DNA of 64,000 nt, taken from assembly GCA_024137785.1 (NCBI GenBank), contig JAHRHZ010000130.1:2426365-2490364 (forward strand), given 5' to 3'. The position numbers were made by a program, and so were the translations under genes. This stretch comes from Ginglymostoma cirratum. Its lineage: Eukaryota. The first letter of the stretch is position 1. Each line of letters opens with the position of its first letter. Of the stretch, positions 26,380-39,900 are shown piece by piece. The notes below the pieces were generated by a model. That model saw nothing but the letters and a program-made list of their open reading frames with translations. It was not told the DNA's origin and did no database searches.

Positions 26380-27600
26380 TAGCCTTATGACTCAAGCCCT
26401 CCAGTCTCAGCAACATCCTTGTAAATCCTTCCTGACCCCTTTCCAATTCACTAATATCCTTCCTGTAACAGGCAATCAGAACTTTACACAGTACTCCAAA
26501 AGTGGCCTCACCAATGTCCTCCACAGGCACAACATAATATCCCAACTCCTGTACTCAATGCTGTGACCAATGAAGGCAAGTATGCCAAACACCTTCTTCA
26601 GCACACTATCTACCTGTGATGCCATTTTCAAGGATCTCTGTACCTGAACCCCTAGGTCCCTCTGTTCAACAACACTACCTAGGGCCCTGCCATTAGCTGT
26701 TTAAACTGTGTCTTTGTTCATTTTACTAAAATGCAACACCTGGCGTTTATCTAAATTAAACTTCATGTGCCACTCCTCAGCCAATTGGCCCAATTGATCA
26801 ACTGTTATCATTCTCTTAGATAAACATCTTCACACTCCACTATACACCCAATTTTGTTGTCATGCACAAACTTACCAACCATGCTTCCTAAATTCTCAAC
26901 CAAATCATTTATATAAATGACAAACAGCAGTGGACCCAGCACCAATCCCTGCACAACACCACTGATCACAGGTCTCCAGTCCAAAAAAAACAACATTCCC
27001 CCATTAACCTCTATCTCCTGCCATCAAGTCAATGTTGTATCCAGTTAGCGAGCTATCCCTGGATCCTACGTAATCTAACTGTACTAACCAGTCAACCATA
27101 CATAACCTTACCAAAGCCCTGTTAAAGTTCATGTAGACAACGTCTACCACTCTCCTCTCAACAAATATCTTTGTCGTCTCCTCAAAAAAACCTCAACCAA
27201 GATTGTGAGACATAATTCCCCATGCACAAAGTCATGATGACTAATAAGTTCTTGCCCTTCCAAACAAATGGAAATTCTGTCTCTCAGAATCCCCTTCAAC
27301 AATTTACCCACCGTTGATATCAGACTCACCAGTCTTTTGTTCCCAGGCTTCTCCTTGCAGACTATTTAAAATAAAGGCGCAACATTAGCCACCCTTCAGT
27401 CTTCCACCACATCACCGGTGGATGTAAATGAAACAAATATCTCTGATACGGGCCCTGCAATTTCTTTCCTAGCTTCCCACCATCTCCTGGTATACAGCTG
27501 ATCGGATTCCAGGGATCTATATACCTTTATCCTTATTAAGGACCCCAGCACCTCCTCTTCTGTAATGTGGACTGTTTTCAAAACATCAGCATTTATCGAA
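26380..27600 (-). mobile_element. CR1-like LINE RT fragment in the GPCR intron
   Basis: GVVQGLVLGPLLFVIYINDL and SLISTVGKLL. Confidence 0.82.
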
Positions 27601-27639
27601 TGTGATAGAATATTCCTCAATTTCCTGGATGAGTGCAAC

Positions 27640-28095
27640 TTCAATAATGTTCAAGAAACTTGACACCATCCATGACTGCGTAGCACACTTGATTGCCATC
27701 ACATCCATAAATGTTCTCTCCCTCTCGTGCTGATGTTTAGCAACTGCACCATCTACAAGATGCACTGCAGAAGGAACACTCTTTAAACAATACTTTCTAA
27801 ATTACACATATTCCTATCTAAAAGGATGAGGGTGGCAGATATATGGGAACATCACCACATGCAAGTTTCCCTCCAGCCTCTCACCATTCTGACTTGGAAA
27901 TATAGTGCCATTCCTTTACCATCGCAAAGCCAAAATCCTCCAGCCCCATTCCAAACTGCAATGTGGGGGTACCTACATTAAGTAGATTGCAGCATTTCAA
28001 GACAACACCTAGCCATCAACTTCTACATGTCTGTTAGGGAAGGTCAATAAATGCGGAACCAGCCAGCAAAGCATGAATCTTCTGAATGAAGAAAA
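27640..28095 (+). mobile_element. Second LINE family 3' fragment
   Basis: ttgacaccatcc..., accatctacaagatgcactgcag, and the tail caataaatgc. Confidence 0.7.
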
Positions 28096-28697
28096 AGAAT
28101 TGGGTCGATTTTGATTTGGATGATGGTATTCAAGATTGCAAGTAAACTGTGCATTGTTTTCCATTTTCCTTTCCAGTGACCGAATTGAAATAAAATCTGG
28201 AAACATGTACAACTGTATGATAGCAGACCAAATGTTCCTGACGATTATCCACGGATCTGATCTTCCATTGAAACAAAGAGAAATAGGAATCTGGAGTAAA
28301 ATGGAACAAACAGTTTGTTCTAAAATCTCTCAATTTATTCAATCACCCAAAACTAAAAATACTTCCAAATTATCAGTTGATTGATGACTCATATAATCAT
28401 TCCTACTCGGAATGACAGAATCACACAAGTGCTATATGCAACAGTGGCTGTTCACAACAATCAGTTACGCACTGGCTCTGCAAAGGGTACATAAACAGAA
28501 GTTGCTGGAAAAGTTCAGCAGGTCTGGCAGCATCTGTGGAGAGAAAGCAGAGTTAACATTTTGGGTCCAGTGACCCTTCCTGAGAAGGGTCTCCAAAGAG
28601 TATCATGATTTATTGTCATTCCTCTGCCTTTTCCACATACCCTTACATGTTATTTGCATTTAAATAAGCATGTAATACCATCTTTTGTGCTACAGTA

Positions 28698-28916
28698 GAG
28701 AGATAATAGGTACTGCAGATGCTGGAGAATCCGAGATAACAAGGTGTGGAGCTGGATGAACACAGCAGGCCAAGCAGCATCATAGGAGCAGGAAAGCTGA
28801 CGTTTTGGGCCTAGACCCTTCATCAGAAAGGGTGGAGGGAAAGAGGGTTCTGAAATAAATAGGGAGAGAGGGGGAGGCGGATAGAAGATGGATAGAGGAG
28901 AGGATAGGTGGAGACT
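28698..28916 (-). mobile_element. Short PLE-derived repeat (family A)
   Basis: Near-identical to 582-800; lies inside an older CR1 tail (~28450-29260) that also holds a family-B repeat at ~28490-28590. Confidence 0.85.
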
Positions 28917-29594
28917 CTGCCTCCTACTTCCAGGCAGTGCATTCCAGAACTGAACCATTCATTGTCTGAAAATCATTTTGGTCATCCCTCATTTGCTGCA
29001 TTTGCAAATCACTTTAAATCTGTCCCTCTCACTCTCAATACTTTTAGGAGCAGGAACTAATGTTTTCCACCTACTCTGTCCATCTCTCTCATCATTTTTG
29101 AAAAGTTATATCAAATATCTGCTAAGCCTTCTGCTTTCCAAGAAGAAAGTCCACTGCATCTCCAATCTATCATCATAATCGAAGTTTCTCAAACCTGGAA
29201 CAATTTTGGCAAATCACTTCTGCACTAACTCCAATGTCTTCCCATAGTGTGGTGCTGACACTTGAAATAATACATCAACAAATGATGGACTGAATCCGTA
29301 AATAGTACAGCCAATGTTCATAACATTGCAATACATTAATGAATTTTCCTCATGCACATATTGAATCAAATATCCAAATTTGTTTAGCTAACTGTCCTGA
29401 ATTAGTCAAAATACATCAAGACTTTTGGGACATTCAGTCCATTTGCTTGTGTGGAATTGAGATGACATAAAATTGCACCACAGCCAATTAAATTTAATTT
29501 TCAGACTTCCATTTCTCACTCAAAACTGTTTCTAAAATATCTAGTCAACAGCTTATTAACCATGCTAACATTATAGTATTCTTCTGTACCTCAG

Positions 29595-29932
29595 GGCAGC
29601 ACGGTGGCTCAGTGGTTAGCACTACTGCCTCACCACACCAGCAACCTGGGTTCAATTCCAGCCTTGGGTGACTGTCTGTGTGGAGTTTGCACATTCTCCC
29701 CGTATCTGTGTAGGTTTCCTCTGGGTGCTCTGGTTTCCTCCCACAGTCCAAAGATGTGCAGGCTAGGTGGATTGGCCATTCTATAGTGCCCAGGGATGTT
29801 TAGTTTAGTTTAGGTGGGTCGACATGGGAAATGCAGGGATAGGGGAATGCATCTGGGTGGGATGCTCTTAAGAGGGGTGTGTGGACTTATTGGGCTGAAT
29901 GGCCTATTTCCACACCGTAGGGATTCTATGAC
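29595..29932 (+). mobile_element. HE1-like SINE, near full length
   Basis: ggcagcacggtggctcagtggttagc, GGTTCAATTCC, tail gggattctatga. Confidence 0.9.
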
Positions 29933-30029
29933 AGTAAATATTAGGCAATCATACTGGCAAAGCATAACCTGATTTCAAAGACACATAAAGTAACCACAAA
30001 AATATAAGGAAAGGCCAGAGCTGACTTAC

Positions 30030-30099
30030 CAGGAACTCCAATCAGTGCTAGGATGGGGTAGTAAATTTTTTCAATCTTTGGAATTATGGCGAATTCCAT
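30030..30099 (-). CDS. GPR139/GPR142-like class A GPCR, exon 1
   Basis: ATG at 30099-30097 in an AAAATGG context; MEFAIIPKIEKIYYPILALIGVP then G|gtaagt (perfect donor). Phase 1 matches exon 2 and supplies the start of TM1. Confidence 0.88.
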
Positions 30100-30166
30100 T
30101 TTCCAGAGGCGAAGAATTCTGTTGTTGTTTTTGAAGCACTGATAAGGAGCGTTAAGATGAGACTAA

Positions 30167-30282
30167 TTTATAATGCAGAGAACTCTCAAATGAGAATAAT
30201 AAGTTAAACCTTAATTAACACTAGTTACAGTTGGTTGCACAAATTGACGTGGCAGCTGGTCCTACCCTGGAGACCCTAATGA
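30167..30282 (-). promoter_or_regulatory. Putative GPCR proximal promoter
   Basis: TATAAA at 30167-30172 (minus), about 70 nt upstream of the ATG; TTAATTAA 30211-30218; TGACGT and CAGCTG near 30245-30258; O/E-like ACCCTGGAGA 30264-30273; TAATGA 30277-30282. Confidence 0.5.
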
Positions 30283-30399
30283 TTCATATTTCTCACTGAG
30301 AATAAGGAATAAAAACATGCAACATTTATTAGTTTTCATCAGCTGTTAACTCATTTTAAAAGCTGTACTAACTCAGTTGTGGGTCATTCTAATTCACTG

Positions 30400-30962
30400 T
30401 TTTTTATAACTCCTGGAATGCGGATGTCGCTGGTTGGCCAGCCTGTATTACCTGTCCCTATTTGCAGTTGAGAAAGTAGCAGTGAGCTGTCTTCTTGAAC
30501 TGCTACGGTCCATGTGTGGGTAATGTCCTTAGGGAGGGAATTCCAAGATTTTGATCCAGCCACACTGAAGGAATGCCAAATATCTCCAAGTCAGGATGGT
30601 GAGTGGCTTGGGGGGATCTTGCAGATGGTGGTATTTCCATTTATCTACTGCCTTCATTCTCCTACATGGAAGTGGTCGATGTTTGGAAAGGGCTGTCTAA
30701 AGATCTTGCGCAAATTTCTGCAGCACATCTTTTAGATGGCATACACTGCTGCTATGGACAATCAATGATAGAAGTAGTGGATGTTTGTGAATGTGGTGCG
30801 AATCAAGTGTCCTGGATGGTGTCAAACTTCTTGAGTGTTTGTTGGTGCCGCATTCATCCAAGCAAGTGGGGATATGTCATCACATTCCTGACTCATGCCT
30901 TGTAGGTGGTGGACAAGGCCTTGGGAATCAGGAGGTGAGTTAATCGCCAGGTATTCCTAGTC
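30400..30962 (-). mobile_element. Second LINE family 3' fragment
   Basis: Homologous to 49900-50440. Confidence 0.75.
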
Positions 30963-33441
30963 TCTACTTCTTTTCAAAATATCTCTAGCGATAACAAGTG
31001 TAAAATATTTTTTAAAATGAGTGCTTCACATTAAGATTAACTCTCTCAATGTTTGTGGGTAGAAAAATATAATTTATGTACTGGGCTGCGGTTTTTACAT
31101 GGATGAAATCATCTCTTAGAAAATTTGTGAGAAATCTCATTACTTTGATAACCATAAAGTACCATAAACTGATTCCAACGTGTGCAGGACCACAATCTGC
31201 CACAGATACCATGTAAAGGTCTGAAGTTGATAAGATGGAGCAAGGAGCAAGGTGATTAGAATCATAGGATTCTCGACACTAGAGCTCTGTTTATCACTCA
31301 GGCCACTGAAACATAAGTGAGCATAGCACCGGGACCTTTTCCAACAGTACATTTTGCATTCTGTTGCATAAACAAAATTGTGGATAATCAAACACACCAC
31401 AGTGGTATTATTCACATAAATATCAGCCAGTTACTAAAATTCCTAACATGAACATAAGTCAGCCTGACTGCTGTGTTCTGCGTATACTCTTGTGATGTTT
31501 TTCACTCAAGTGGCCGTGGATGCTGAAAATCTGTTATAAACTTAACAACGTAATCAATCTGCTTCATGTGCGAAGGTGACTGACAGGGCTTGTCCAAAGA
31601 CAAGGAAGAAAGACACATGAATTGAGCTGTTATGCACATGGCATCCAATCATTGTTTTACTTATTTTTCATTTGACAGGATGAGATGTGACAATTCAGTC
31701 ATCCGTGGCATTTTATAGCACAGCATTTTTTTTTGTGGCCGTGGGATCAAATGACTAGTTAATGACATAAACCAAGAAACAGCATTAGTTTATTCTCCTG
31801 GAAGCAGCTCAGGAGAGCTTAGAAAACACTCAGAAGGGTTTAGGTTGTAAAACTTTGAAAGCATCAAAACTTTTTCGGGAATCTGCAGATTGCTAGAGAT
31901 ATTTTACACTCTCTGATTTGTGAAATGTTCATGTCAGCAGACATAGAAAGGACTCATTGAATTGCCTCAGAGTCAAAAAGACTAGAACGACTAAGGTAAG
32001 TGGAAGCCTTAAGAGTTGAGATGGGTTGTAATTTCTCTGGAATGAAGGCTCTGTAATAGATAATGTTGGGAAGAAAGGTTGATGATTTGTTTTGCTCTGC
32101 ATTTTAAGGTTATTATAACTGTCTTCTATTTTTGGATAGCTCTGTTTGTCTTCTTTTTTTCATATTTTCTGTAATAAACTTCAGTTTTGTTCATAAATAA
32201 AAGGCAAAGTCTCACGTGAAAATATTTCAATGACTAGGGATCACATTAACGAACTAAAGAAAAAACTTCAAAATCCAAGGGGCCAGGGATCTGAAGTAAA
32301 ACAAAAACAGAAGTTTTACCCTCATGCTTCAACTGCAACACTTCAATTGATCTATTACATACTGGTGAAAACTCTCAGCTCCTTAAGATTGGACTGGCAC
32401 TATTATGTGAACTTTCTATTCAGTTTCCTTCAGACTCAGATTGTGCACTTCAGAACATGACAAATTCAGAACGGAGATGTGTAACCGTCAGTATAGAGCA
32501 AAATTAGAAATGGAAGTAGAATGTGAACAATCTAGAGCAAATCACCAAGATTCCTTCAATGGCATTTCTCAAGTGTGGTACCCCTACTATCTCGGAGAAT
32601 AAGCTTGGCAGTCACCTGTAAATGCTGTTATCGAAAAGCTTCGCTCAAAGCCACATATTGTCCAGTCTTGAAACCATCAGCATGCTTACACGAACTGCAC
32701 TAACCGTGTACCGTATTTTAAATGAATGGATAATTCAAAATTGACATTGTTTCAAAGTAAGCTAGGAAATGCCCAAAGAAAGTACCAAGTCCTTGTATAT
32801 GAATGTAAAGTTTTTAAGGGAGAGAGATAAAAGTCAAGACAACAATCTAAAATTTTAAAAAATATATAAAATTACATCAGGCTTGGGAAGGCAATGAATA
32901 AGAGATCAAAGAAATATGCAATCAAAGTACACCTATAATTATGGATTATTTTAATTTACCCAATACATTGGGCAAACCAAACAATTATATTGTGTAGAGG
33001 AATTTCTTGGAGTGTGTAAGAGATGGATTTTAGACCAATACATAAAGGAACCAAACGGAGAACATGAGTTTCTTAATTCTATACTGGTGCTGTGCAATGA
33101 GAAAGGATTAATTACTCATGTTGTGCAGGGTCCCTGGGGAGGATTGAACATAATTCCTCATTAAAATGAAGAGTGAAGAAATCAATCAGACACTTGGGTC
33201 CTGAATCTAAATAAAGGGAACAAGGAAGTATGAGGCACAAATTGGCAAGAATTAATTTCGGAGCCATGCTAAAAAGGATTGATGGCTATAGCCAATGGTT
33301 AATGTTTAAATGAAGTGAGCTGAATTTAGAAAAACAGAACAAAAGATGGATAAAGTGGAATAAAATAGCGTGTGTTACCCTGTTGCCTCCCTTGACAACA
33401 GTTATTGGCTGGGCACAAAGAGGACAAGAGTCAAGTCTATA

Positions 33442-36388
33442 GAGATAGTAGGAACTGCAGATGCTGGAGAATCTGTGATAACAAGGTGTAGAGCTGGATG
33501 AACACCGCAGGCCAAGCAGCATCAGAGGAGCAGGAAAGCTGACATTTCGGGTCTAAATCCTTCTTCAGAAATGTTTATTGTGTAACAGGAATAGGTACAA
33601 GTTTCTTGACTAGTTAGGCATAATTACTTCAGATGATCAAGAGCCAGGTATGTCACTCCAGATGGAGTGGAGCTTTATGCGACTTCAACGTTAACTCTTT
33701 CAGTACCATTACCTTGTACAACAACTGCCTGGCCCACAGAGAATTTCCAGCCTTTTCTGTTATTTCAGAGTTGCACCATCTATTTGACGTAATATAGTTT
33801 GGGCGAGGGGTTATCACCCAATGTGACAGCGTAAGAAAATATCTTTGTCATTTACGTCTTCAACTTGGATGCATTGGAAGGGTTGGTGGGATAACCAACA
33901 GACCCGAACATGGAATGTCTGGGCAGATGGACACTGGTCTAAGTCAACCAAATGCTGTGATATACAAATAATTAGAAGGGGAAAGAGGTTGGAGATGGGT
34001 CACTCATAAGATTCATGCTTAGTTTGTTTGAAAAGGTAATGATGATGGTGCTTTGAAAGTAGAGGGTTAAAAGACCCTGTGGAGAGGGAACCATTTATCC
34101 TGCTTGCGAGTAATGAGGGGATGGCAATGTGATAGACAAGACAGGAATTTAAATAAGCTAAAGTTTGCCATCGTCCCACTCTCTCATTCGGGAGACAACT
34201 GATTGTGGTTTAGCCTGAGGGTCAGGCACACTTTAGCTGAGGGGAGAGGTTGAGAAGGTGGGACTTTCATAATAACCTCAGCCCTTGCACAAATTAAACC
34301 CATGCTGTTGAACTGAATTGAAATGAATTAACTTTATGGTCACATGTACTCAAATGAGTACAATGAAAAGTTTATTAGTCTGTTTATAATGTCACTGTAC
34401 ATTGCAAACAGGCCTTTCAGCCAAGTGACTGAACTGACTAGGGTGGGGGGTGCTATTCAGATGCACATGATGGAAGCAGCTCAGGAAAAAGGGGATGAGT
34501 CTCATGTACAAGATGAATTTAGAGGACGCACATGGAGAGATAAATGAGAAATCAGAGAAAGACACCGTCACTTCATACAGAATAGTGCTGCTGTTCTTTA
34601 TCTCATTACACCTTTCCCTGCCTTTCATCATGGTGAGCACAGTTTCTGGATTTGTCAATGCACATATTTCTCCCTAATAACTATGTGCAAAGTCCCAAAG
34701 TTGCAAAGATTTGTCACAAGCAGTCTGATTAATATTTATTTGACTGCATGAGGCACTAAAAATAGTTCAAACAGTGCCTTGAGGAAATGTGTCACATTAG
34801 GAAAGGATAGAATTCATTCCTGATGCATAGTGTCTCTGGCCAGGTTTAGAGAACAACTATACACTAAGTATGGAATTGCATTATTCTTGCATCATTGTGA
34901 GTAGAAATATTATTCATATGCTTGTGATGTAACTGAAAGCCAGCTGCCTCAATATGTTTCCTAATTCCAAAAACGCAAGGAATTTGAGAAGTAACAGGTC
35001 ATTTGGCCGATTCAGTGTGTTCCATCATTCCACATGGTCTTTTGTTTCAATCACATACACCTTCTATTCAGAACATCCTTCCAGATTCTCACAAACCTTT
35101 CTCAATGAATCCTAACCCAAACATAACAATTTCCTAACCAACATTTTCTAAGCTATTACAACCAAACAAGCAAATATTTAACTAAATTTATTTAACTGAC
35201 ATTCATCCTATCCTGGTTACTTGTCAGTTTAATTCTCCATCGTGTTTTTACCATGATCTTCCTGTCCACGACCTGCTACATGGTTCTAATCAAGTTCCAC
35301 TCGGTCTCTAGAAACAACATTTCATCTTCCTACTGATCCTTAACATTGCTTCAAACAGCTACAGATCGAACTCAGAGCTTCCACTTTCCCTCAGACAGCA
35401 TGGTAGGATGGGTACACCGCATGCGTAACAAACTGGGTTAAAAACATGCTAGAAGAAAGGAAAGGGATAATAGAGAGAAAAAGAAAAAGTGCGTTAAAAC
35501 ATTTTTGGGGGGTTGTTGGAAGTGCGTAGTGGGGTTTGGTACTTCCATGGGTTGTGAACACTACTGGTAAATTTGTTGCCTGTCCCTAATTGCCCTTGAA
35601 CTGAGTGGCTTGTTCAGCCATTTCAGAGGGCAGTTAGGAGTCAGCCATATTGCTGTTGGTCTGGAGTCACATGCAGGCCAGACCAGGTTAGGATGGGAGA
35701 TTTACTTACCTAAAAGACATTAACAAAGTATTTGGGTTTTCACTGTAATCTTGTAGTTTCATGGTCACTGTGACTGTGAAATATCTTCTAAATGTGTCTT
35801 TTCCATCCAGTCTACCTTACCTCTGACCTCTTTGTTGCTAAGATTGGGAGTATCCAAACAGTTAGCTCTGCTGCTTCCTTCTATTTCACTGGCCCAGAAG
35901 GCCCAGCATTGCCTCAAGTTCCTTTTGAATCATGGCCTGAACTCACATCTTTCCCAAATTTCTCTCTGAACTTACTCAGGTCTTTTCCAAGCTCAACTTC
36001 AGGAAACCCATCTTTGGTTCCCTGAATCCCATTCCCACTAAACTGCCGATCATCTGACTTCACCTCCTGCTTCCTGAATTAGCTGATACTCTTTACAGTT
36101 CTCTATACATGTCGAAATTCCTCTAATCATGGTTTCACTGCACTATTAAGAAAGCTCTGAGCAAAAACATAACTGGTATTCTGAGAGACTGTGACAGATG
36201 TAAACCTTACGTCAAATAGATGGTGCAACTCTGAAATAACAGAAAAGGCTGGAAATTCTCAGTGGGCCAGGCAGTTGTTGTACAAGGTAATGGTACTGAA
36301 AGAGTTAATGTTGAAGTCGTATTAAGCTCCACTCCATCTGGCGTGACATACCTGGCTCTCAATCATCTGAAGTAATTATGCCTAACTA
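33442..36388 (-). mobile_element. Composite insertion: PLE family-A tail, ~2.6 kb cargo and an inverted 183-bp copy of the cargo, with a 19-bp TSD
   Basis: GACAAGAGTCAAGTCTATA at 33423-33441 and 36389-36407; PLE tail 33442-33572; 33610-33792 is the reverse complement of 36207-36389 (7 mismatches by hand count). Confidence 0.7.
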
Positions 36389-37229
36389 GACAAGAGTCAA
36401 GTCTATATCAACTAACCACTCCTTTATTTGTTCAGTTAAAGCAGACATACAATTCACACCATTTGGTTAGAAAAAACTTAACAGTAAGCATGAAATGCAT
36501 CATTACCCATTAAACTTGATGTTCCCAGAACAGTCAGCGAAATAAAAGCTAATACCCAAGAACAGAAGTTCATACTGGCCTGGCATCTCTTCAAGGTTTT
36601 AGGGGTCTTCTCCATGCCCAAGTGCAGGGTTAACTTTGCAAAGGTTGCTGTCTGGAGTTTTCACTGATGGCACACTGAAATCTTTCATTTTTATCCTTTT
36701 TCCTTATCTTCCCAAACTGTGGTGTTTTGTTCTTGTTGGCTCTTCAGCTTATCCAAGAGCAATGTCTTTCCACTACAGGCTCACTCAAAGGACACTCTTA
36801 AGATTACCTCATTACTCTTCCACCAAATCAGGATTTGCCCCTCTGTTATCCCTCAGAGCTGAACCAGCTCAAACCAACTTGAGCCAGCAGCTAGGGCTCA
36901 GGTAACTTCAGTTCACAGCTACTGTCTTCATGTGTGAGCAGCCTCCAGCCACATCTCCCATCTCTTGATCCAAAGATATCTATCTTGGGATCATAAATTT
37001 CCCTTCGTTCTGCTAACTGCTCATAGGATCACCATCTATCACCAGTGCTACATCCATGTTATGTTTATATGTGTATATAAAACATTTACGTATTTTGTAA
37101 TACAAAAAAAAGTTTAACGACTTAATTCACAACATCCCTTGTGTTTAATCAGAGCTTGAACTTTTAACTTTGATATAATTTCATTTTTCCACCTTGGATA
37201 CCACGTTATCAACTTGTGTTGCCGCTTTC

Positions 37230-39900
37230 ATGGAGTTCTGGACTTGGAACTCAAAATCCTTCTGTATATATCAATCCTTCCAAGGCCCCTGATATTTACT
37301 GTATACTTTCCTGTTGCATTTGAACTCCCAACATACATCACTTCATGCTTGTCTGGATTAAAAGCCCAACTTTCCAACTGATCTATATTCTGCTGGATCT
37401 TTTGACAACTTTCTACAATATCCACAACTCTACTAATTTTTGTGTCATCTGCAAACGTTCTAACCAGGCTATTTACATTTTCATCCCAATCATTTATATA
37501 TATTTTACAAACAACAGAGTTCCCAGCACTGATCTTTGTTGAACATGATGGTTACAGACTCCAGCCAGAAAATCTGCCCTCTCGGACTACACTGTATCTT
37601 CTATGACTAAGCCAATTTTGTATCTAACCTGTCAACTCACGATGGATCCCACGTGACTTTATCTTCTGGGCCAGACTGCCATGGGGCAAGTTGTTAAAAG
37701 CTTTCATAAAATCATGTAGACAACAGCCACAGCCCTCCCCTCATCGATCATCTTTGTCACTTCCTCAAAACAACCCAATGAAATTTGTGGAGACAAGTCT
37801 TTCTATTCATAAAGCCATGCTTTCTACCCTAATAAGTCGATTCCTCTTCAAATACGAATTAATCCACCCTTAAATCTTTCTCCAATGATTTCCTTACCAT
37901 TGATGTAAAGCTTAACATTATATGATTTCCTGGATTCTCCCTGTTGCCGTTGCAAACAAATGAACAACATTGGCTATTCTCCACTCTCTTGGATCTCAAC
38001 TATGGTTAATCAGAATAAGAAGATTTCTGTCAAGGCCCCAGCAATCTCCTCCCTTGCCTCTTTCATTATCCTGAGATAGATCCCATCAGGCCCTGGGGAC
38101 TTGTCTACATTAACAGTTTTCAAAACACCAATACCTCCTCCTTCCTAATATCGACATGGCCCAAAATATCAAAATAGCCCTCCCCAATCTTAACATCATC
38201 CATGTCCTTTCCCTTGATGAAAACCAATACAAATTACTCATTAAGGACTTCACCAACTTCCTTTGGCTCCACCCATAAATTCCCTCCTTGTCCATGAGTG
38301 GACCTATCCTTTCCCTAGTTACCTTCTTGCATCGAACATTCGTATAAGATGCCTTGAGATTCTCCTTAACATATATTTCATGGCCCATTAGAGCCCTCCT
38401 AACTTATTGTTTCAATTCTTTTCTGCTTCCTTTATATTCCTCAGGTGTTTTGTTTGATTTAATTTCCCATACCTTCCATATGCTTCCTTTTTCTTTTTGA
38501 CTAACCTTTCAATATCTCTTAACATGAAAGGTTCCCATAACCTGCCATTCTTATCTTTAATCCTCATAGGAACATGCCAAACCTCATCTCAACTGGCCTT
38601 TATAAGAATCCCACATGTCAGATGTAGATTTAACCTTAAACAGCCAACCTCAATGTAATTGCTCCAGGTCCTGGCCAATACTGTTGTAACTAGCCTTCCC
38701 CCAATTTAGCATTTTCACCGAGGACTAGTCTTATCCCTAACCATAAGTGTCTTAGAACTTAATGAATTATGATCACTGTTCCCAAAATGCTCCTTCATTG
38801 AAAATTTGATCCCCTGGCCATGTGCATTCCCTAATACAAGGTCAAGTCTCTTCCCTAGTTTCACTATCTACACATTATTAGAACAAACCCTGCTGAATGC
38901 AGTTAAGAAATTCTGCCGTATCTGAACCCCTGGTACTGGTAATTCCCAATCAATATTGGGGAAGTTAAAATCAATGTATAGAATGGCCTGAAGGGCTAAA
39001 AGATAATGATGATTTTTGACAGCTGCATGAGAAAATAGATTGTATAGAATGGCAAAATAGGCTGGGAAATTTAATGATGATACTCGACAAGCTATATGAT
39101 GTTGAATGAGTCCTGTGAACATTCCTTTATGGGCCGAAGATGACACCTGCAGCCTGTTTTTCTGTAGCAATGTTTTCTGTACCAGCCAGCAGTTTTGTCT
39201 TCTGTATCTGCTATTCTCTGTGCCGGCTGTTTGTTACACTGTATAAGAGAGGGAGAGTTTCATTCCGAGAGTTGGACTTCACCTCAGACTGGAATCATGA
39301 AAGGTGCCAGGAATGAACCTAAGCCACCAGACCAACCATTGGTCAAGGGGTCCCCAATGGGCAGAAAGGCATGAGATTTGTTGCTTCTTCTCTTTTCTTT
39401 CCCATTTATTATTACCACTATCATCATTATTTTTGCTCAATAAATTTCATATTTAAGCAAATTGTTATTGTTGAGTCTTCCCTTAATTATATTTAACCAA
39501 ATCCAAAAGAACTGCTTGGATACATGCTGTGATCCAAGAAAATCACCCCCTACAACAACCCTGTTGTTTTCACATCTTTCCATGAAATACTGACGTATCT
39601 TACATATAACCCCATTCCTAAATTCTACCCATACTGTCTCTCTTAGTACGTTGCAGCATTCTCCTTAATCAGTCATTCAATTCCACCATCTCTTTTGCAC
39701 ATCTATCTATCTCACCTGAAACATCTAAACCCTGGTACTTTGAGCTGCCAGCCCTTCCCTAATCTCAACCAAATTTCTGTAATTGTTACGACATCATAAT
39801 CCCGTGTACTAATCCAAGTTCTAAACTCATCTGCTTTACCTGTTATACAATTTGCATTAGAATTAATACTCTTCAGACTACTAGTCCTGCAGTGTTCATT
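37230..39900 (-). mobile_element. CR1-like LINE ORF2, decayed
   Basis: FNPDK.EVM, the SPGPDGIY-encoding segment ~38070-38100, DFNFPNIDW; endonuclease N-terminus ~39555-39870. Confidence 0.8.
38974..39538. mobile_element. ~565-bp LTR-like insertion in the CR1 endonuclease region
   Basis: CR1 sequence breaks and resumes at a repeated AAAATCA (38967-38973 and 39539-39545); the insert holds TATAAG and AATAAA. Termini are not clearly TG..CA. Confidence 0.4.

Noticed and set aside
29595-29665. tRNA genes at SINE heads (also ~6240, ~14950, ~44900, ~54420)
   Set aside because: A and B boxes only, continuing into SINE bodies; no full cloverleaf.
31532-32303. Possible further solo LTRs (also ~47512-48213 and the sequence hosting the 33442 insertion)
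   Set aside because: LTR-like composition, but I could not establish matching termini and TSDs.
35755-35780. ATGGTCACTGTGACT (MVTVT), similar to a JH end
   Set aside because: No WGxG, no RSS, opposite strand to the C exons, and inside a SINE fragment.
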